Shown: positions 1 through 11,200 of the stretch, one piece after another
How positions within the stretch are numbered: the stretch's first letter is position 1
Layout of the letters: each line of letters begins with the position of its first letter
Assembly: GCA_963813405.1 (NCBI GenBank)
Contig: CAWEYU010000004.1
Coordinates: forward strand, 392,769 to 456,768
DNA: 64,000 nucleotides
Reading direction: 5' to 3'
From: an uncultured Bacteroidales bacterium
Lineage (GTDB): Bacteria; Bacteroidota; Bacteroidia; Bacteroidales; VadinHA17
Notes under the pieces: generated by a model
The model's database searches: none
What the model was told of the DNA's origin: nothing
The model's input: only the letters and a program-made list of their open reading frames with translations
Made by a program: the position numbers and the translations under genes

Positions 1-190
1 GTTGTCTGTCATAATCGTAGTGGAACCATCTGAAAATAAAGGCATCCAGCCCTTTTACCTTTTCAAAAAAATCCTTATCGCTGATATGAAGAAACTGTGT
101 TTCAATATTATTATAGCTCAGAATAGCTTCATACTTTTTGACAAAACCAGATACCTCCTTATTACGATCAAGATGAATGCCGACTTTCAT
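1..190 (-). CDS. Partial CDS (5' part), probably a RimK-like ATP-grasp protein of polysaccharide loci
   Basis: Not in the ORF track. Read by hand from ATG at 190: MKVGIHLDRNKEVSGFVKKYEAILSYNNIETQFLHISDKDFFEKVKGLDAFIFRWFHYDYDRQ, open to the window edge and co-oriented 29 bp downstream of the DUF362 gene. The family call rests on N-terminal resemblance only. Confidence 0.55.
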   Translation of the reverse strand, partial: MKVGIHLDRNKEVSGFVKKYEAILSYNNIETQFLHISDKDFFEKVKGLDAFIFRWFHYDYDRQ

Positions 191-219
191 GCGGACTATT
201 GTTTTATTCTTGGTTGACC

Positions 220-1665
220 CTATAAATTTACTGCTTCAATATGGTTTTTCCACCCAGAGGATGGAATGAAATGTGCAACCGGCTCAATTTCATCCGCATT
301 TACAACACTGCCATTAAAGATTGCCGACGAAATTCCGTGATCTCCCGGTCTGAAACCGAAGAGTTTATTTTCGAGAGCTCTGGCGATCACCGTAATTTTT
401 CTGTAATCAAAACCAATCAGGGCAGCACAGGAAATATCAATCAGAACAGGATTCCAGCCTCCGGCGATTATTCCTGCAAACTTATTATCGGGTTTCAGAG
501 GACCCTCCTTTTCTCCGCATATTATACCATCGACAATATAAAATACTTTTCGGACAGGAGTTGTTTCAATCTCCCCTTTCAGGTTAGCATAGAACAGAAT
601 ATTGTTGATGTCCAGAACCATTCTCCAGAGTGTTTCATTGCCGTACCACCGCCCCTCGAAAACTGAATTTACACCGATCCTTTTTAATACACCGTCATTT
701 AATCCTATCAGGGTGGAGATAAAACGCTGGAATTTTTTTCTTCTGGTTTTTTCTCTCAGATCATAAAGAGCTTCATTAAGACATTTTAAAAGATTGAATC
801 CGGGATAAGCATCTCCACCTGCTAGTTTTCCTCCTTTCGTATGATGAACAAGGGCATCTTTCTGACAATTTATTCCTACGGTGTTCTTCATACAACAGGT
901 AATACCCGCCTTGCCGTGCGTCTTAAGCTTGGGTATCTGGATCACTACATCAGCTTCCAAAACCGACATATCTATAACATAGATATTGTCATTTCGATTA
1001 TGGAATTTCAACATTTTACGGGGATCATAATTTGTAACACGGAATTTTTTGAACCTGTTCCGCACCTCAAACAAAAAGCTCTTCTCCCTCAGATTGACTT
1101 CGACAGATTCCTTTTCCGGTAAAAGGATATTCTCGGATATTTCACCCGAAGAATTGTATCTTTTTATCTCCTTCCTGAAATCTTTTACTGATATTTTTAG
1201 CCCATTCACTCTGCCATAAAAACCTATAATTTCATCTATTTTCAGCTTTGACTTAAGGATCTCAATATCAGCAGACTGAATCGGAGCATCACCAATAATT
1301 ATTTCACCGTTACCTTTTAAGGCAATGACACAATAATCTATTACAGCTCTTATCACCGAGGGATGGGTCACCAATCCGTTGATATCAGGTGATAAGGGGT
1401 TTTTCTCCCTTACCCAATTCGGTTTAATTACGATTTTATTCCCCGGGCTGATAAAGCTTCCAAACGGATTCCATTGTGGTCTGTCGAAATTTTCAATGTC
1501 AAGTTTTAAATGTTTCAGGACATTCCGGACCTGATTATAAACGGAGTTGTTATGATCAGAGAGATTTCCAAAAGTGTATTCGGGGTATTTTTCAGAGGGA
1601 GAAAAGGGAGAAATAATGGGGTATTCTGCTGTGGGATTATATTCAATAGCAATATTATTCAGCAT
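220..1665 (-). CDS. DUF362 domain protein
   Basis: Motifs VIKPNWV, THPSVIRAV, IIIGDAP, PKLKTHGKAGITCCMKN, IVDGIICGEKEGP. Confidence 0.8.
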   Translation of the reverse strand: MLNNIAIEYNPTAEYPIISPFSPSEKYPEYTFGNLSDHNNSVYNQVRNVLKHLKLDIENFDRPQWNPFGSFISPGNKIVIKPNWVREKNPLSPDINGLVTHPSVIRAVIDYCVIALKGNGEIIIGDAPIQSADIEILKSKLKIDEIIGFYGRVNGLKISVKDFRKEIKRYNSSGEISENILLPEKESVEVNLREKSFLFEVRNRFKKFRVTNYDPRKMLKFHNRNDNIYVIDMSVLEADVVIQIPKLKTHGKAGITCCMKNTVGINCQKDALVHHTKGGKLAGGDAYPGFNLLKCLNEALYDLREKTRRKKFQRFISTLIGLNDGVLKRIGVNSVFEGRWYGNETLWRMVLDINNILFYANLKGEIETTPVRKVFYIVDGIICGEKEGPLKPDNKFAGIIAGGWNPVLIDISCAALIGFDYRKITVIARALENKLFGFRPGDHGISSAIFNGSVVNADEIEPVAHFIPSSGWKNHIEAVNL

Positions 1666-1684
1666 AAAAATGTATTATTGCCTT

Positions 1685-1701
1685 CAAAGGTACTATTTTT
1701 G
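1685..1701. promoter_or_regulatory. Back-to-back Bacteroidota -7 promoter boxes (TAnnTTTG) for divergent genes
   Basis: TACCTTTG on the minus strand (1685-1692) upstream of the DUF362 gene; TATTTTTG on the plus strand (1694-1701) upstream of the methyltransferase. Confidence 0.5.
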
Positions 1702-1748
1702 GGAGTAAATTACTGATTGTCACGATTGAAATTCAAAAGAGAAAGATT

Positions 1749-2549
1749 ATGCCTGACGTTGAAAAGTTGTCCTCAAAGGAATACTGGGATGATGTTCTTA
1801 AGAGTGTCAGGCTGCCGCTTCAGGTCAATAAAAAACAGTACAGTCCGTGGCTGATCAATTCTTTTTTAAGCGACTTTATTATTAGAAAAGGATACAGGAC
1901 TCTGCTTGAAGTTGGTGCAGGAAGCTCAGCTTGGCTGCCCTTTCTGGCCAGAGAGTATGATCTATTGGTTTCCGGTCTCGACTATTCAGAAGCAGGATGC
2001 AGGATATGTGAAGAAAACCTGAAGATCCTTGGGATAAATTACGATGAAATAATCTGCGAAGATGTTTTTAACTGGGAACCCGGGAAAAAATATGATATAA
2101 TCATCTCCCTCGGAGTTATAGAGCATTTTGAAAATCCGGGAGATATTCTGAAGATCATTCGGGACCATCTAAATGATAACGGACTGATAATGACGGTAGT
2201 GCCTAACTTACTGGGTATCAGCGGCAGACTTACCAGGATCTTCCTTCCTGACGTCTACAGAATTCACAAGATAATTTCTAAAAACCTTCTCAGAGAGCTT
2301 CATGAAACCAGCGGTTATTTAACTCTTAAAACTGATTATACCGGATTCTTTTATCCAATGATAATCCCCTGGTCAGTAAAAACTGACGGATTCCTGTTTA
2401 AAAAAGGTTCATCCATGAGAAGAATTACATTGAAATTACTTGAACTGAAAAATGCTCTGGTGACAAAAATTTTACGGGCATTTAAAGTAAAAGTCTCTTC
2501 TCAATACTTTTCTCCTTTTATTATTTATGTAGGTAAAATAATGAAATAA
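1749..2549 (+). CDS. Class I SAM-dependent methyltransferase
   Basis: LLEVGAGSS motif I, GLDYSE, YDIIISLGVIEHF, VPNL. Confidence 0.85.
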   Translation: MPDVEKLSSKEYWDDVLKSVRLPLQVNKKQYSPWLINSFLSDFIIRKGYRTLLEVGAGSSAWLPFLAREYDLLVSGLDYSEAGCRICEENLKILGINYDEIICEDVFNWEPGKKYDIIISLGVIEHFENPGDILKIIRDHLNDNGLIMTVVPNLLGISGRLTRIFLPDVYRIHKIISKNLLRELHETSGYLTLKTDYTGFFYPMIIPWSVKTDGFLFKKGSSMRRITLKLLELKNALVTKILRAFKVKVSSQYFSPFIIYVGKIMK

Positions 2550-2567
2550 GAAACCACTCCCTGACAG

Positions 2568-3782
2568 ATGAATAGATCAATTCTGATATTTACCGACAAT
2601 TATCCATTTGGAAAATCAGAACCGTTTTTTGAAACCGAGCTGCAGTTTATTCATCATTCCTTTGAAAGAATTTGCATTTTCCCCTTCGAAACAGGAAAGT
2701 ATAAGAACAGAAGGAAAATACCGGAGAATATAGAAATTATGAAGCCGGTTTTCAATGAGGTGAAGCATAAATCTGAACTGCTTACAAAAGGTCTTATTAA
2801 TACTTCAATGTTCCATAAGTTATTAATGGAAGGATTAAGGTCAAAGGTCTGGAAGTCGGGTACATTATTCCGGATCTGGGCAACTCATCTACTTGTTATC
2901 CGCAGAATTTTAAAAGAAGTAAAACAAAGAGATCTCATAAATTTCTTCAATCAATTTGACGTCCTTTACTTCTACTGGGGTTTGCGCTGGAGTCAGATCT
3001 TACCATTTCTTCCCCCGGATATTCATGCTAAAATTGTAGTACGGTTTCATGGTTCGGACCTTTATGAATATACCAATAATAATTATATCCCATGGAGACA
3101 TGATCAGTTATCAGTACTCACCAGAGCAGTCGTAATTTCTGAAACAGGAAAAAAATATATTGAAAATCACTATCCGTTTCTGAAGGATAGAATTACGGTT
3201 TCCCGTATCGGCACAAATGACCATGGCTTGAATCCATATGTTAAATCAGAAATCATCCGGATAGTATCCTGTTCGAATCTTGTACCTGTTAAGCGCGTTG
3301 AATTGATAGTTTCTACAATCGCATTATTAAAACTGAAAACAAGCTGGATTCATTTTGGTGATGGTCCGTTTATGAAAGAAATAAAAGAACTCTCAGAAAG
3401 CCTGCCGGTACACATAACTTCTGAAATGAAAGGTGCCATCGGACATCATGAGTTAATGGAATATTTCAGATCCAACTCCATTGACCTGTTTATTAATGTC
3501 AGCAGCTCTGAGGGAGTTCCTGTTTCGGTAATGGAAGCTATGTCATTTGGCATTCCTGTAATAGCTACAAATGTCGGTGGAACATCTGAAATTGTCTCTG
3601 AAAAAACCGGCCTGCTTATTGATGTTAACTTTTCTCCTGAAGTACTTGCCCGAAGTATTGAAACTTTTATTAAAAGAGATGATTTAATTGAAATCAGAAA
3701 AGCTTCCAGGGAGGAATGGGAGAATAAATCGATGGCAGAGAAGGTATACCCGGCATTTATAAATCAGTTATTATCATTCTGA
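2568..3782 (+). CDS. Glycosyltransferase family 4 (GT-B)
   Basis: RFHGSDLYE, SCSNLVPVKRV, SEGVPVSVMEAMSFGIPVIATNVGGTSEIV. Confidence 0.9.
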   Translation: MNRSILIFTDNYPFGKSEPFFETELQFIHHSFERICIFPFETGKYKNRRKIPENIEIMKPVFNEVKHKSELLTKGLINTSMFHKLLMEGLRSKVWKSGTLFRIWATHLLVIRRILKEVKQRDLINFFNQFDVLYFYWGLRWSQILPFLPPDIHAKIVVRFHGSDLYEYTNNNYIPWRHDQLSVLTRAVVISETGKKYIENHYPFLKDRITVSRIGTNDHGLNPYVKSEIIRIVSCSNLVPVKRVELIVSTIALLKLKTSWIHFGDGPFMKEIKELSESLPVHITSEMKGAIGHHELMEYFRSNSIDLFINVSSSEGVPVSVMEAMSFGIPVIATNVGGTSEIVSEKTGLLIDVNFSPEVLARSIETFIKRDDLIEIRKASREEWENKSMAEKVYPAFINQLLSF

Positions 3783-3852
3783 ACCGGCAACATTTATCCA
3801 ATATTTACATATTTTTGTCATTTACAAATAAACTTTATTCAAACCATCTCCG

Positions 3853-6339
3853 ATGCAGATCAAAACAATTTTAAAACCGGTAGTGCCTCATTTAGTGGCA
3901 GTTGTAATATTCATCTTAATATCGCTGGTATACTTTTATCCTGCACTTGAGGGAAAAGTACTTCATACAAATGACGGGACGGTTGCCCGGGATGCATCCA
4001 AGGAGATCAGCGATTTCAGGGCAAAATATGGAGAAGAGCCTCTCTGGACAAACTCCATGTTCAGCGGTATGCCTGCATATCTTATCTCGACAAAATACCC
4101 GGGGAATATTATGACCTATGCTGACAGAATCCTGAAATTCCTGAAACTTCCGGCAGCTTCAATTTTCCTTACAATGGTTGGCTTCTATATTTTGCTTCTT
4201 TTCTTCAAGGTGGATATCCGGCTGGCTGTCGCCGGGGCAATAGTTTACGGATTGTCGACATACTTCTTTTTCATTCTTGCAGCCGGGCATAATACAAAAG
4301 CATTTGCGATAGCATATATGGCTCCAATGATCGGAGGCATATATTATACCTACAGGATTCATGCCATCAAAGGGGCTTTGCTTACAACATTTTTTCTTTC
4401 ACTTGAACTTATTGCGAACCATCCTCAGATTACATACTATTCCTTTATATGTATACTGATATTTCTTATAACAGAATTTGTCCAGTCACTACGTAATAAA
4501 GAGCTGAATGGTTTCCTGAGAAAATCTGCAATACTCATTGTTCCATTAATACTTGCTGTCGGAATGAATCTTGCTTCGCTATATACTACCTATGAATATG
4601 GGAAATACTCGATAAGGGGCAAATCTGAACTAATTGTAAAAGATGCCAATCAGACAACCGGACTTGACAGGGACTATGTAACCTATTGGAGCTATGGCGT
4701 TGATGAGACACTTACCCTTCTGATCCCTAATTTCAAAGGTGGGGCCAGTATCCCTTTCGCTAGGAATTCGGGAACAGTTACTACATTAAGGAAAAATAAT
4801 TATGCACAATATGTGGATCAGTTTCCACAGTACTGGGGAACCCAGTCCAGTACTGGTGGCCCCGTTTATGTAGGAGCAATAATTGTATTCCTGTTTGTCC
4901 TCGGGCTGGTAATAGTTAAAGGAGGTGTAAAATGGTGGCTTCTTTCTGCTACTGTTCTGTCAGTAATGCTTTCCTGGGGCAAGAATTTTATGCCACTCAC
5001 AAACCTTTTTCTCGACTATTTTCCCGGATATAACAAATTCAGGGCAGTGACAATGACACTGGTAATTGCAGAATTCTGTATGCCACTTCTTGGTATACTT
5101 GCCCTGAAAAATATTCTCAATGGAACAACTTCTGCTAAAAACATCCTCAAGGGAATAAAGATTGCTGTCGGAGTGACCGGAGGTCTTGCATTGCTGTTTG
5201 TATTATTTCCAGGACTGGCCGGGTCTTTTCTTTCACCGGCTGAACAACAGGGGCAACTGCCGGAATGGCTTTCATCAGTACTTATCGCAGACAGAAAAAT
5301 GCTGCTGAGAGGTGATGCACTGAGGTCGTTCATCCTGATTTTGATTGCTGCATCAGTACTGCTGGCATTTCATTATAAAAAACTTAAGACGGGAAATGTA
5401 GTCATAGTTTTTGCGGTCCTATTCTTTTTTGATATGTGGCTTGTTGATAAGAGGTACCTTAATGCGGGCAATTTTGTCACACCGTCTGTATCGCAGAAAT
5501 TATCTGCACCCACCACTGCTGATAATTTAATACTGAAAGACACCACTTACTACAGAGTTTTTAATTTAACTGTCTCTCCGTTTAATGATGCATCAACTTC
5601 TCTTTTTCATAAATCAATAGGGGGTTACCATGGTGCTAAAATCAGGAGATACCAGGAGCTTATTGATAGCGCAATATTAAAGGACCTGATCTTCTATGAT
5701 AATGCAATCCGGACAGCAAAATCCCTCGAAGACCTGCAACCAGGGCTAAACAGACTGAATTCAAACAACGCTTTAAGAATGCTTAACACTAAATATTTCA
5801 TTATTGATGGTCAGCGGGCTCCGATAATAAATAAGAATGCTTTAGGAAATGCATGGTTTGCTGAAACACCTTTGATAGTTGCAAATCCCAATGAAGAAAT
5901 CTCGATGATTAATAAATTCAATCCTGCAACTCAGGCAATTATTGACATTCGGTTTAAAAATCAGATCACAGGTACAAGTTATCCCGGCGCTCCCGGAGAT
6001 ACAATAATGCTTACTTCATATAAACCAAATGAGTTGATTTATAAGTACACATCAAAAGGGGAACGACTTGCGGTTTTCTCTGATATATATTATCCTGCCG
6101 GATGGAAAGCATATATAGATGGCACAGAAAAGAGCTATTTCAGAACAAATTATGTGTTGAGGGGAATGATAGTTCCTCAAGGGAACCATGAGATAAAATT
6201 TATATTCAAACCAGCTTCTTACTATTCAGGGAACACGGTGTCGTTAGCCAGTTCTCTGATTTTTATATTGCTTATTGCAGGCTATTTTGCTTATTCAATA
6301 CGTAATAAAACCAGGCCGGAAAAGAATGACCCATCATAA
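3853..6339 (+). CDS. YfhO-family polytopic membrane protein (GT-C-like)
   Basis: PLWTNSMFSGMPAY, ANHPQITYY, SIGGYHGAK, C-terminal FSDIYYPAGWKAYIDG..TNYVLRGM..GNHEI; many hydrophobic helices; TATTTTTG box at 3810-3817. Confidence 0.85.
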   Translation: MQIKTILKPVVPHLVAVVIFILISLVYFYPALEGKVLHTNDGTVARDASKEISDFRAKYGEEPLWTNSMFSGMPAYLISTKYPGNIMTYADRILKFLKLPAASIFLTMVGFYILLLFFKVDIRLAVAGAIVYGLSTYFFFILAAGHNTKAFAIAYMAPMIGGIYYTYRIHAIKGALLTTFFLSLELIANHPQITYYSFICILIFLITEFVQSLRNKELNGFLRKSAILIVPLILAVGMNLASLYTTYEYGKYSIRGKSELIVKDANQTTGLDRDYVTYWSYGVDETLTLLIPNFKGGASIPFARNSGTVTTLRKNNYAQYVDQFPQYWGTQSSTGGPVYVGAIIVFLFVLGLVIVKGGVKWWLLSATVLSVMLSWGKNFMPLTNLFLDYFPGYNKFRAVTMTLVIAEFCMPLLGILALKNILNGTTSAKNILKGIKIAVGVTGGLALLFVLFPGLAGSFLSPAEQQGQLPEWLSSVLIADRKMLLRGDALRSFILILIAASVLLAFHYKKLKTGNVVIVFAVLFFFDMWLVDKRYLNAGNFVTPSVSQKLSAPTTADNLILKDTTYYRVFNLTVSPFNDASTSLFHKSIGGYHGAKIRRYQELIDSAILKDLIFYDNAIRTAKSLEDLQPGLNRLNSNNALRMLNTKYFIIDGQRAPIINKNALGNAWFAETPLIVANPNEEISMINKFNPATQAIIDIRFKNQITGTSYPGAPGDTIMLTSYKPNELIYKYTSKGERLAVFSDIYYPAGWKAYIDGTEKSYFRTNYVLRGMIVPQGNHEIKFIFKPASYYSGNTVSLASSLIFILLIAGYFAYSIRNKTRPEKNDPS

Positions 6340-7222
6340 AGTTTGTCCTCTTTGTTCAAGTCCCGATATTTCTCACTTTCTGAGTTGTACTGATCACTTT
6401 GTAACGAAGGAGATATTTGAGATCAGCAAATGCGTGAGGTGCGAATTTAAATTCACACAGAACTCTCCTGAAGAATCTGAAGCAGGACATTACTATGAAT
6501 CTGACGATTACATTTCTCACAGTGACTCTAAAAAAGGAATGATGGATAAAGCATATCATGCAATCCGTCGCATAATGCTTAGTAGGAAGTTGAAAATAAT
6601 AATGAGGCTGACAGGTCTGTCTAAGGGAAGCATACTTGATATCGGGAGCGGGACTGGATATTTTCTGAACACCATGAAGAGATCGGGATGGGATACAAAA
6701 GGGATTGAAATAAGTGCAAAAGCCAGGGAATATACCAGTTCCAGGTTTAATATCGATTCAATCCCGCCGGAACGAATAGATACAATCACTTCAGAAAGTT
6801 TTGATTGCATAACCCTGTGGCACGTGCTTGAGCATTTTCATGAGCCATTCAAATATATGAATGAGATCCGGCGTCTGCTTAAACCACTGGGAGTGTGCAT
6901 CATTGCACTTCCGAACAGCAGTTCTTTTGATTGCAGGCATTATGGTAAAGAATGGGCTGCTTACGATGTACCAAGGCATCTTTGGCATTTCAATCCGTCG
7001 ACTTTCTCTCTTTTCGCAACGAAGAGCAAGTTTATAATTACTGAAACAAGCAATCTTCCCTTTGACGTTTTCTATATTTCCATATTGAGTGAAAAATACA
7101 AAGGTTCCAGGTTCCCGTTCTTATCCGGTACAATAAATGGATTAATATTTTCAATCCGGAATTTATTCAATAGAAGAGGAAGCAGTTCGGTGATCTATAT
7201 CCTGAGAAAGACTGATACTTAA
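6326..7222 (+). CDS. Class I SAM-dependent methyltransferase with N-terminal Cys (zinc ribbon-like) motif
   Basis: CPLC...CVRC, ILDIGSGTG, ITLWHVLEH, YDVPRHLWHF; start placed at ATG 6326, overlapping the yfhO-like 3' end. Confidence 0.85.
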   Translation: MTHHKVCPLCSSPDISHFLSCTDHFVTKEIFEISKCVRCEFKFTQNSPEESEAGHYYESDDYISHSDSKKGMMDKAYHAIRRIMLSRKLKIIMRLTGLSKGSILDIGSGTGYFLNTMKRSGWDTKGIEISAKAREYTSSRFNIDSIPPERIDTITSESFDCITLWHVLEHFHEPFKYMNEIRRLLKPLGVCIIALPNSSSFDCRHYGKEWAAYDVPRHLWHFNPSTFSLFATKSKFIITETSNLPFDVFYISILSEKYKGSRFPFLSGTINGLIFSIRNLFNRRGSSSVIYILRKTDT

Positions 7223-8193
7223 TACCTGTCGAGCCAACGGTATCTCCTGGCACTGTCTCCGAATTTAACGGCTATGGTAATCTCATGGGTGCCATAGGTT
7301 ATACGTTGAATCTCCGTCAGTGTAAAATCAAAGGCATATCCAAAAAACATCTTCTGATACTTCACTCCGATGTTAGCAATTAATGCTTTGCTTGTTCTGT
7401 ACGCAATGCCAGCCCAGAAACCCTGGTTATAAATATAAGTAAGCCCAATATCTGCCTGAGGTCTGAACTGCTCAGACATTCTGAAAAGCAATGAAGGTTG
7501 AATTTCAGTGTAAGTGCCTCGTTCAAAGATATAAGTTCCAAAGATATAATACTGCCTGCTCATACTGTATTTGTTATAGATAGCACTGCCCATTTTTAAG
7601 GCTGCCTGAAATAACTGATCGGCAGAAAAACCGATACTGTATCTGGGATTCAGAAGATATGCTCCCACACTGGCATCGGGTACAAATATGCCTCTCCGGA
7701 GATCGCTGTACAGTAAGGGATCGTTCGGATCTTCCAAAGAAATTTCCTTTTCATTTATTTTAAAATGATACCCTGTGAAAGCGAGCCCAAAAGAGAGTTG
7801 TGTGCTGTTCTGCAACCAGAGATGATAAGAATATGTTGCCTGAAATCCTGTCCTCTGGACCAATCCGTGTTTATCACTGAAAACATAGCCCCCCAGACCA
7901 ACTCTTCCATCAGTACCGGGTCTGTAAACAGCTTTTCTGTTTGTCCTTTTCATAACGAAGCTTCGTTTCAATAGCCGCGTCTGGCCACTGACGGAGAAAG
8001 TTCGTGGTGCGCCATTATAACCTACCCATTGTTCCCTTGCCGTAAGGTTAAAACTTGTATAACCGTCGCTTCCGGCAACAGCCGGGTTGATCATGAATTT
8101 ATTGTAAAGGTACTGGCTGTATATCGGAAGCTGCTGTGCACGCAGTGTACTGCAGGAAATTATAAAAATCAATATATAAGAAAGCCTTTTCAA
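7219..8193 (-). CDS. PorP/SprF-family type IX secretion membrane protein
   Basis: QQLPIYSQYLYNKFMINPAVAG, REQWVG..GAPRT, C-terminal GYAFD...GTHEI; lies immediately downstream of a CHU_C protein. Confidence 0.9.
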   Translation of the reverse strand: MKRLSYILIFIISCSTLRAQQLPIYSQYLYNKFMINPAVAGSDGYTSFNLTAREQWVGYNGAPRTFSVSGQTRLLKRSFVMKRTNRKAVYRPGTDGRVGLGGYVFSDKHGLVQRTGFQATYSYHLWLQNSTQLSFGLAFTGYHFKINEKEISLEDPNDPLLYSDLRRGIFVPDASVGAYLLNPRYSIGFSADQLFQAALKMGSAIYNKYSMSRQYYIFGTYIFERGTYTEIQPSLLFRMSEQFRPQADIGLTYIYNQGFWAGIAYRTSKALIANIGVKYQKMFFGYAFDFTLTEIQRITYGTHEITIAVKFGDSARRYRWLDRY

Positions 8194-8214
8194 CGGATTT
8201 AAAAATATAAATTA

Positions 8215-11200
8215 TTATCGCATTATAGTGATAGTCCCTAAAATTGGTTTTGATCCGTTATGTAAATCTATAATATATGTATATGAATCGATGGGGAGTA
8301 AAGCCCCTTTGCTTCTGCCATCCCATGGATGACTATACCCTATATCTGACCTCCAGAGTAATTCACCCCAGATGTTAAATATTTTTACTTCGGCCTTCGG
8401 ATACAGGTCTATCTTGTCAATATTCCATAAATCGTTAATATTATCACCATTAGGTGTAATAGCATTAGGAATTGAAAGACAAGTTTCATACTGTGGCGCC
8501 ATCGTAACAGAATCATTAACAATGCAGTGATTTGCATCAGTGACAGTTACCCGGTATTTTCCTCTTAGAATATTTATAAGGTCCTGACTTGTGGAATTAT
8601 CCGACCATTTGAATGAGTAATCGGAAACTATGACTCCACCTGTCACCTTCAGTTGTATTATTCCATCCGGGCTATCCGGACAATATGCCTGCTTAATTGT
8701 AAATGAAGTCTTAATTGAATCGGGTTGAGTAAGAACAACAGAAGAATTAGCAGAACAATTATTCCTGTCAGTAATATTAACACTATACGTTCCTGCCCTC
8801 AGATTAGTCCGCATTCTGGATGTGTCTCCATCAGACCATATATTGCGTATTGTTCCGACATTGTTGACTGGAGTTATGTTTATCGTTCCTGTGGCTGCAC
8901 CGGCACAATTTATATTAAAGCCGCCATTGAGGCTACTTGATGGAGTAAGAGTCATACCTATTTTACCCGGTTCAGTAAGATTAAAATTACCGCTAACTGT
9001 ACACTGGTTTGAATCTGTTATTAGCAAATTATATAGCCCGGCTTTTAATCCTGAAATATTCTGATTCGTTGAAGTACCAAACGGTCCGGTCCAATTGAAA
9101 TTATATGGTGCTTTACCACTGACCGGTGTAATATTTATATAGCCGTCAGAAGCTCCAAAACAACGTATATTGTAACCCAGATAGTCTGATAAGCTACTCG
9201 TGTAAACCAGGTTGGGTGGCAGATTTATCCGTACCGAATCAGTTCTTGTGCAGAGGTTCATGTCTCTGATAGTTACTTTATAGAACCCCTCTGTCAGCCC
9301 GCTGATATCTTCAGATGTTGCCCCATTTGACCAGTTATACAGATATGGACTCACCCCACCGGTCACTGTCATATCAATCGAACCATTGCTGAAGCCTGCC
9401 GGGGAACAGGTGATATGTTTTGCAACCAGTGTGTCTGAGAGTCTCAGTGGTTGAGATAAAGTAATTTCTTTTGAAATATTACACAGATTAGAATCCACCA
9501 CCATAGCAGTATATTTACCAGCTGAAAGGGTGAATTGGTTTTTCTGGCCCTGAACAATTCCTGAACCATTTGATGTGCTCCACGAGTATTTGTAATTTCC
9601 GACACTTCCTCCTGTTACTGTCAGTTTTATGCTTCCATCTTTGTCTCCGAAACACCTGAGGTTATTTGACCCATCAGGTGCAAGTGACAATGAATCAATT
9701 AAGCTGAGGGCTGTCGGTTGAGTAAGTGTTGTATCCAAAGCTGCCAGATTACATCCGTTTTTGTCTCTAACACTTGCAGTATAATGTCCAGCCGTGAGTC
9801 CTGAGATATAGTTCACTGAAGTTGAATCCAGCAATCCGCCGGGTTTTGTCCATAGATATGTGTTTGATCCTGATCCTCCGGTAATATTCAGTGTGATCAT
9901 TCCATCACTTCCTCCATTACAGTTTATATTAAACTGGCCATCCGGACTCGTTTTTAGCAGCACACTTGAAAGCGACATACCAGGTGGTTCTGAGATATTA
10001 ACTGTATCGAGTGCGGTACATGCCTGGCTGTCAGTTGTCCGTAAATAGTATGTACCGGCACCAAGTCCGCTGATTGCATCTGTAGTACCAATAACGGTAC
10101 CACTGGAATTTGTCCATTGATAAGTGTAACCTCCATTTCCGCCCGTAATAGTTTTGATCCAGACTCTCGCGTCAGAATATGTCTTACATGAAACGCGGGT
10201 ACTGTCAAAAGTCACTGTGATAGGTTGAGGTTCATCTATAGGTTGAGTCAAAGCACCAAAACATCCATTTGCATCCCGTATTGTTAATGTATAGTCTCCT
10301 TTATAAAGGTTCTGATAAATCTTATATCCTGTGAAAGCTGCACTCAGCGTATCATGGATAATTGCAGTATTAGTATCGAGTGAATTCCGGGTTATCCAGT
10401 ATTCATAAACCGGTGTACCCCCTGAAGCCTGTACCCAGAGTACTCCATCATTGTATCCCGAACAGGTTATTCCATATCCTGTACTTTTAGGAAACGCAAG
10501 GAGATAAGGTTCAATCCGTGCACCCGAAACATCTATTTGTTTATAGTTGGAGCAGCCAAGATTGTCAGTAATAGTTGCCCGATATGCACCCTGCTTCAAA
10601 TTGTAAATGGTGAATGACAATGAATCTTTATATTGGTTGGGGCCCAGCCAGCGTACCTGCTGCGGATTTGTACCTTTAGATGTAATGATTCTCAGAGTAG
10701 CATCTGAACCTCCTGCACAGGTAAGCGGTTTTACGATCTGTATGTATCTTGCAGGCTCGGGATGTACTTTAATCTTGCTTACAACAACCGGACCCGGCTT
10801 GCAAGCGCCATTGTCAATCTTAGGTGTTATTGCAAAAAATACAGATTGAAGCGTATCGGAGATATTCCTGTAAGACCTGATAATCTGGTAACCCGGAATA
10901 CGGTTGGAATCACGTGTCATATTTCCTGTTACAACACCAGGACCGCCGGTAGCATTAATTCTATAATCGAAAACTATAGTACCATAACCTGCAGACATAC
11001 CAGAGTTCAATGGCTTTGTCAGAAGAATTCTGGTCGATCCTCCAAAACATATTGAAGAATCGGGTTTCAAATTATTAAGGTTAAGCGGAATTACTCTTGG
11101 TGTAGGATTAACCGTAACTGTAAATGACTTTGAAGGGCCATCAGCACAACCGGCAACAGGGCTCACCGGAACAATCATATATCTGACTATCCGGCAGGTA

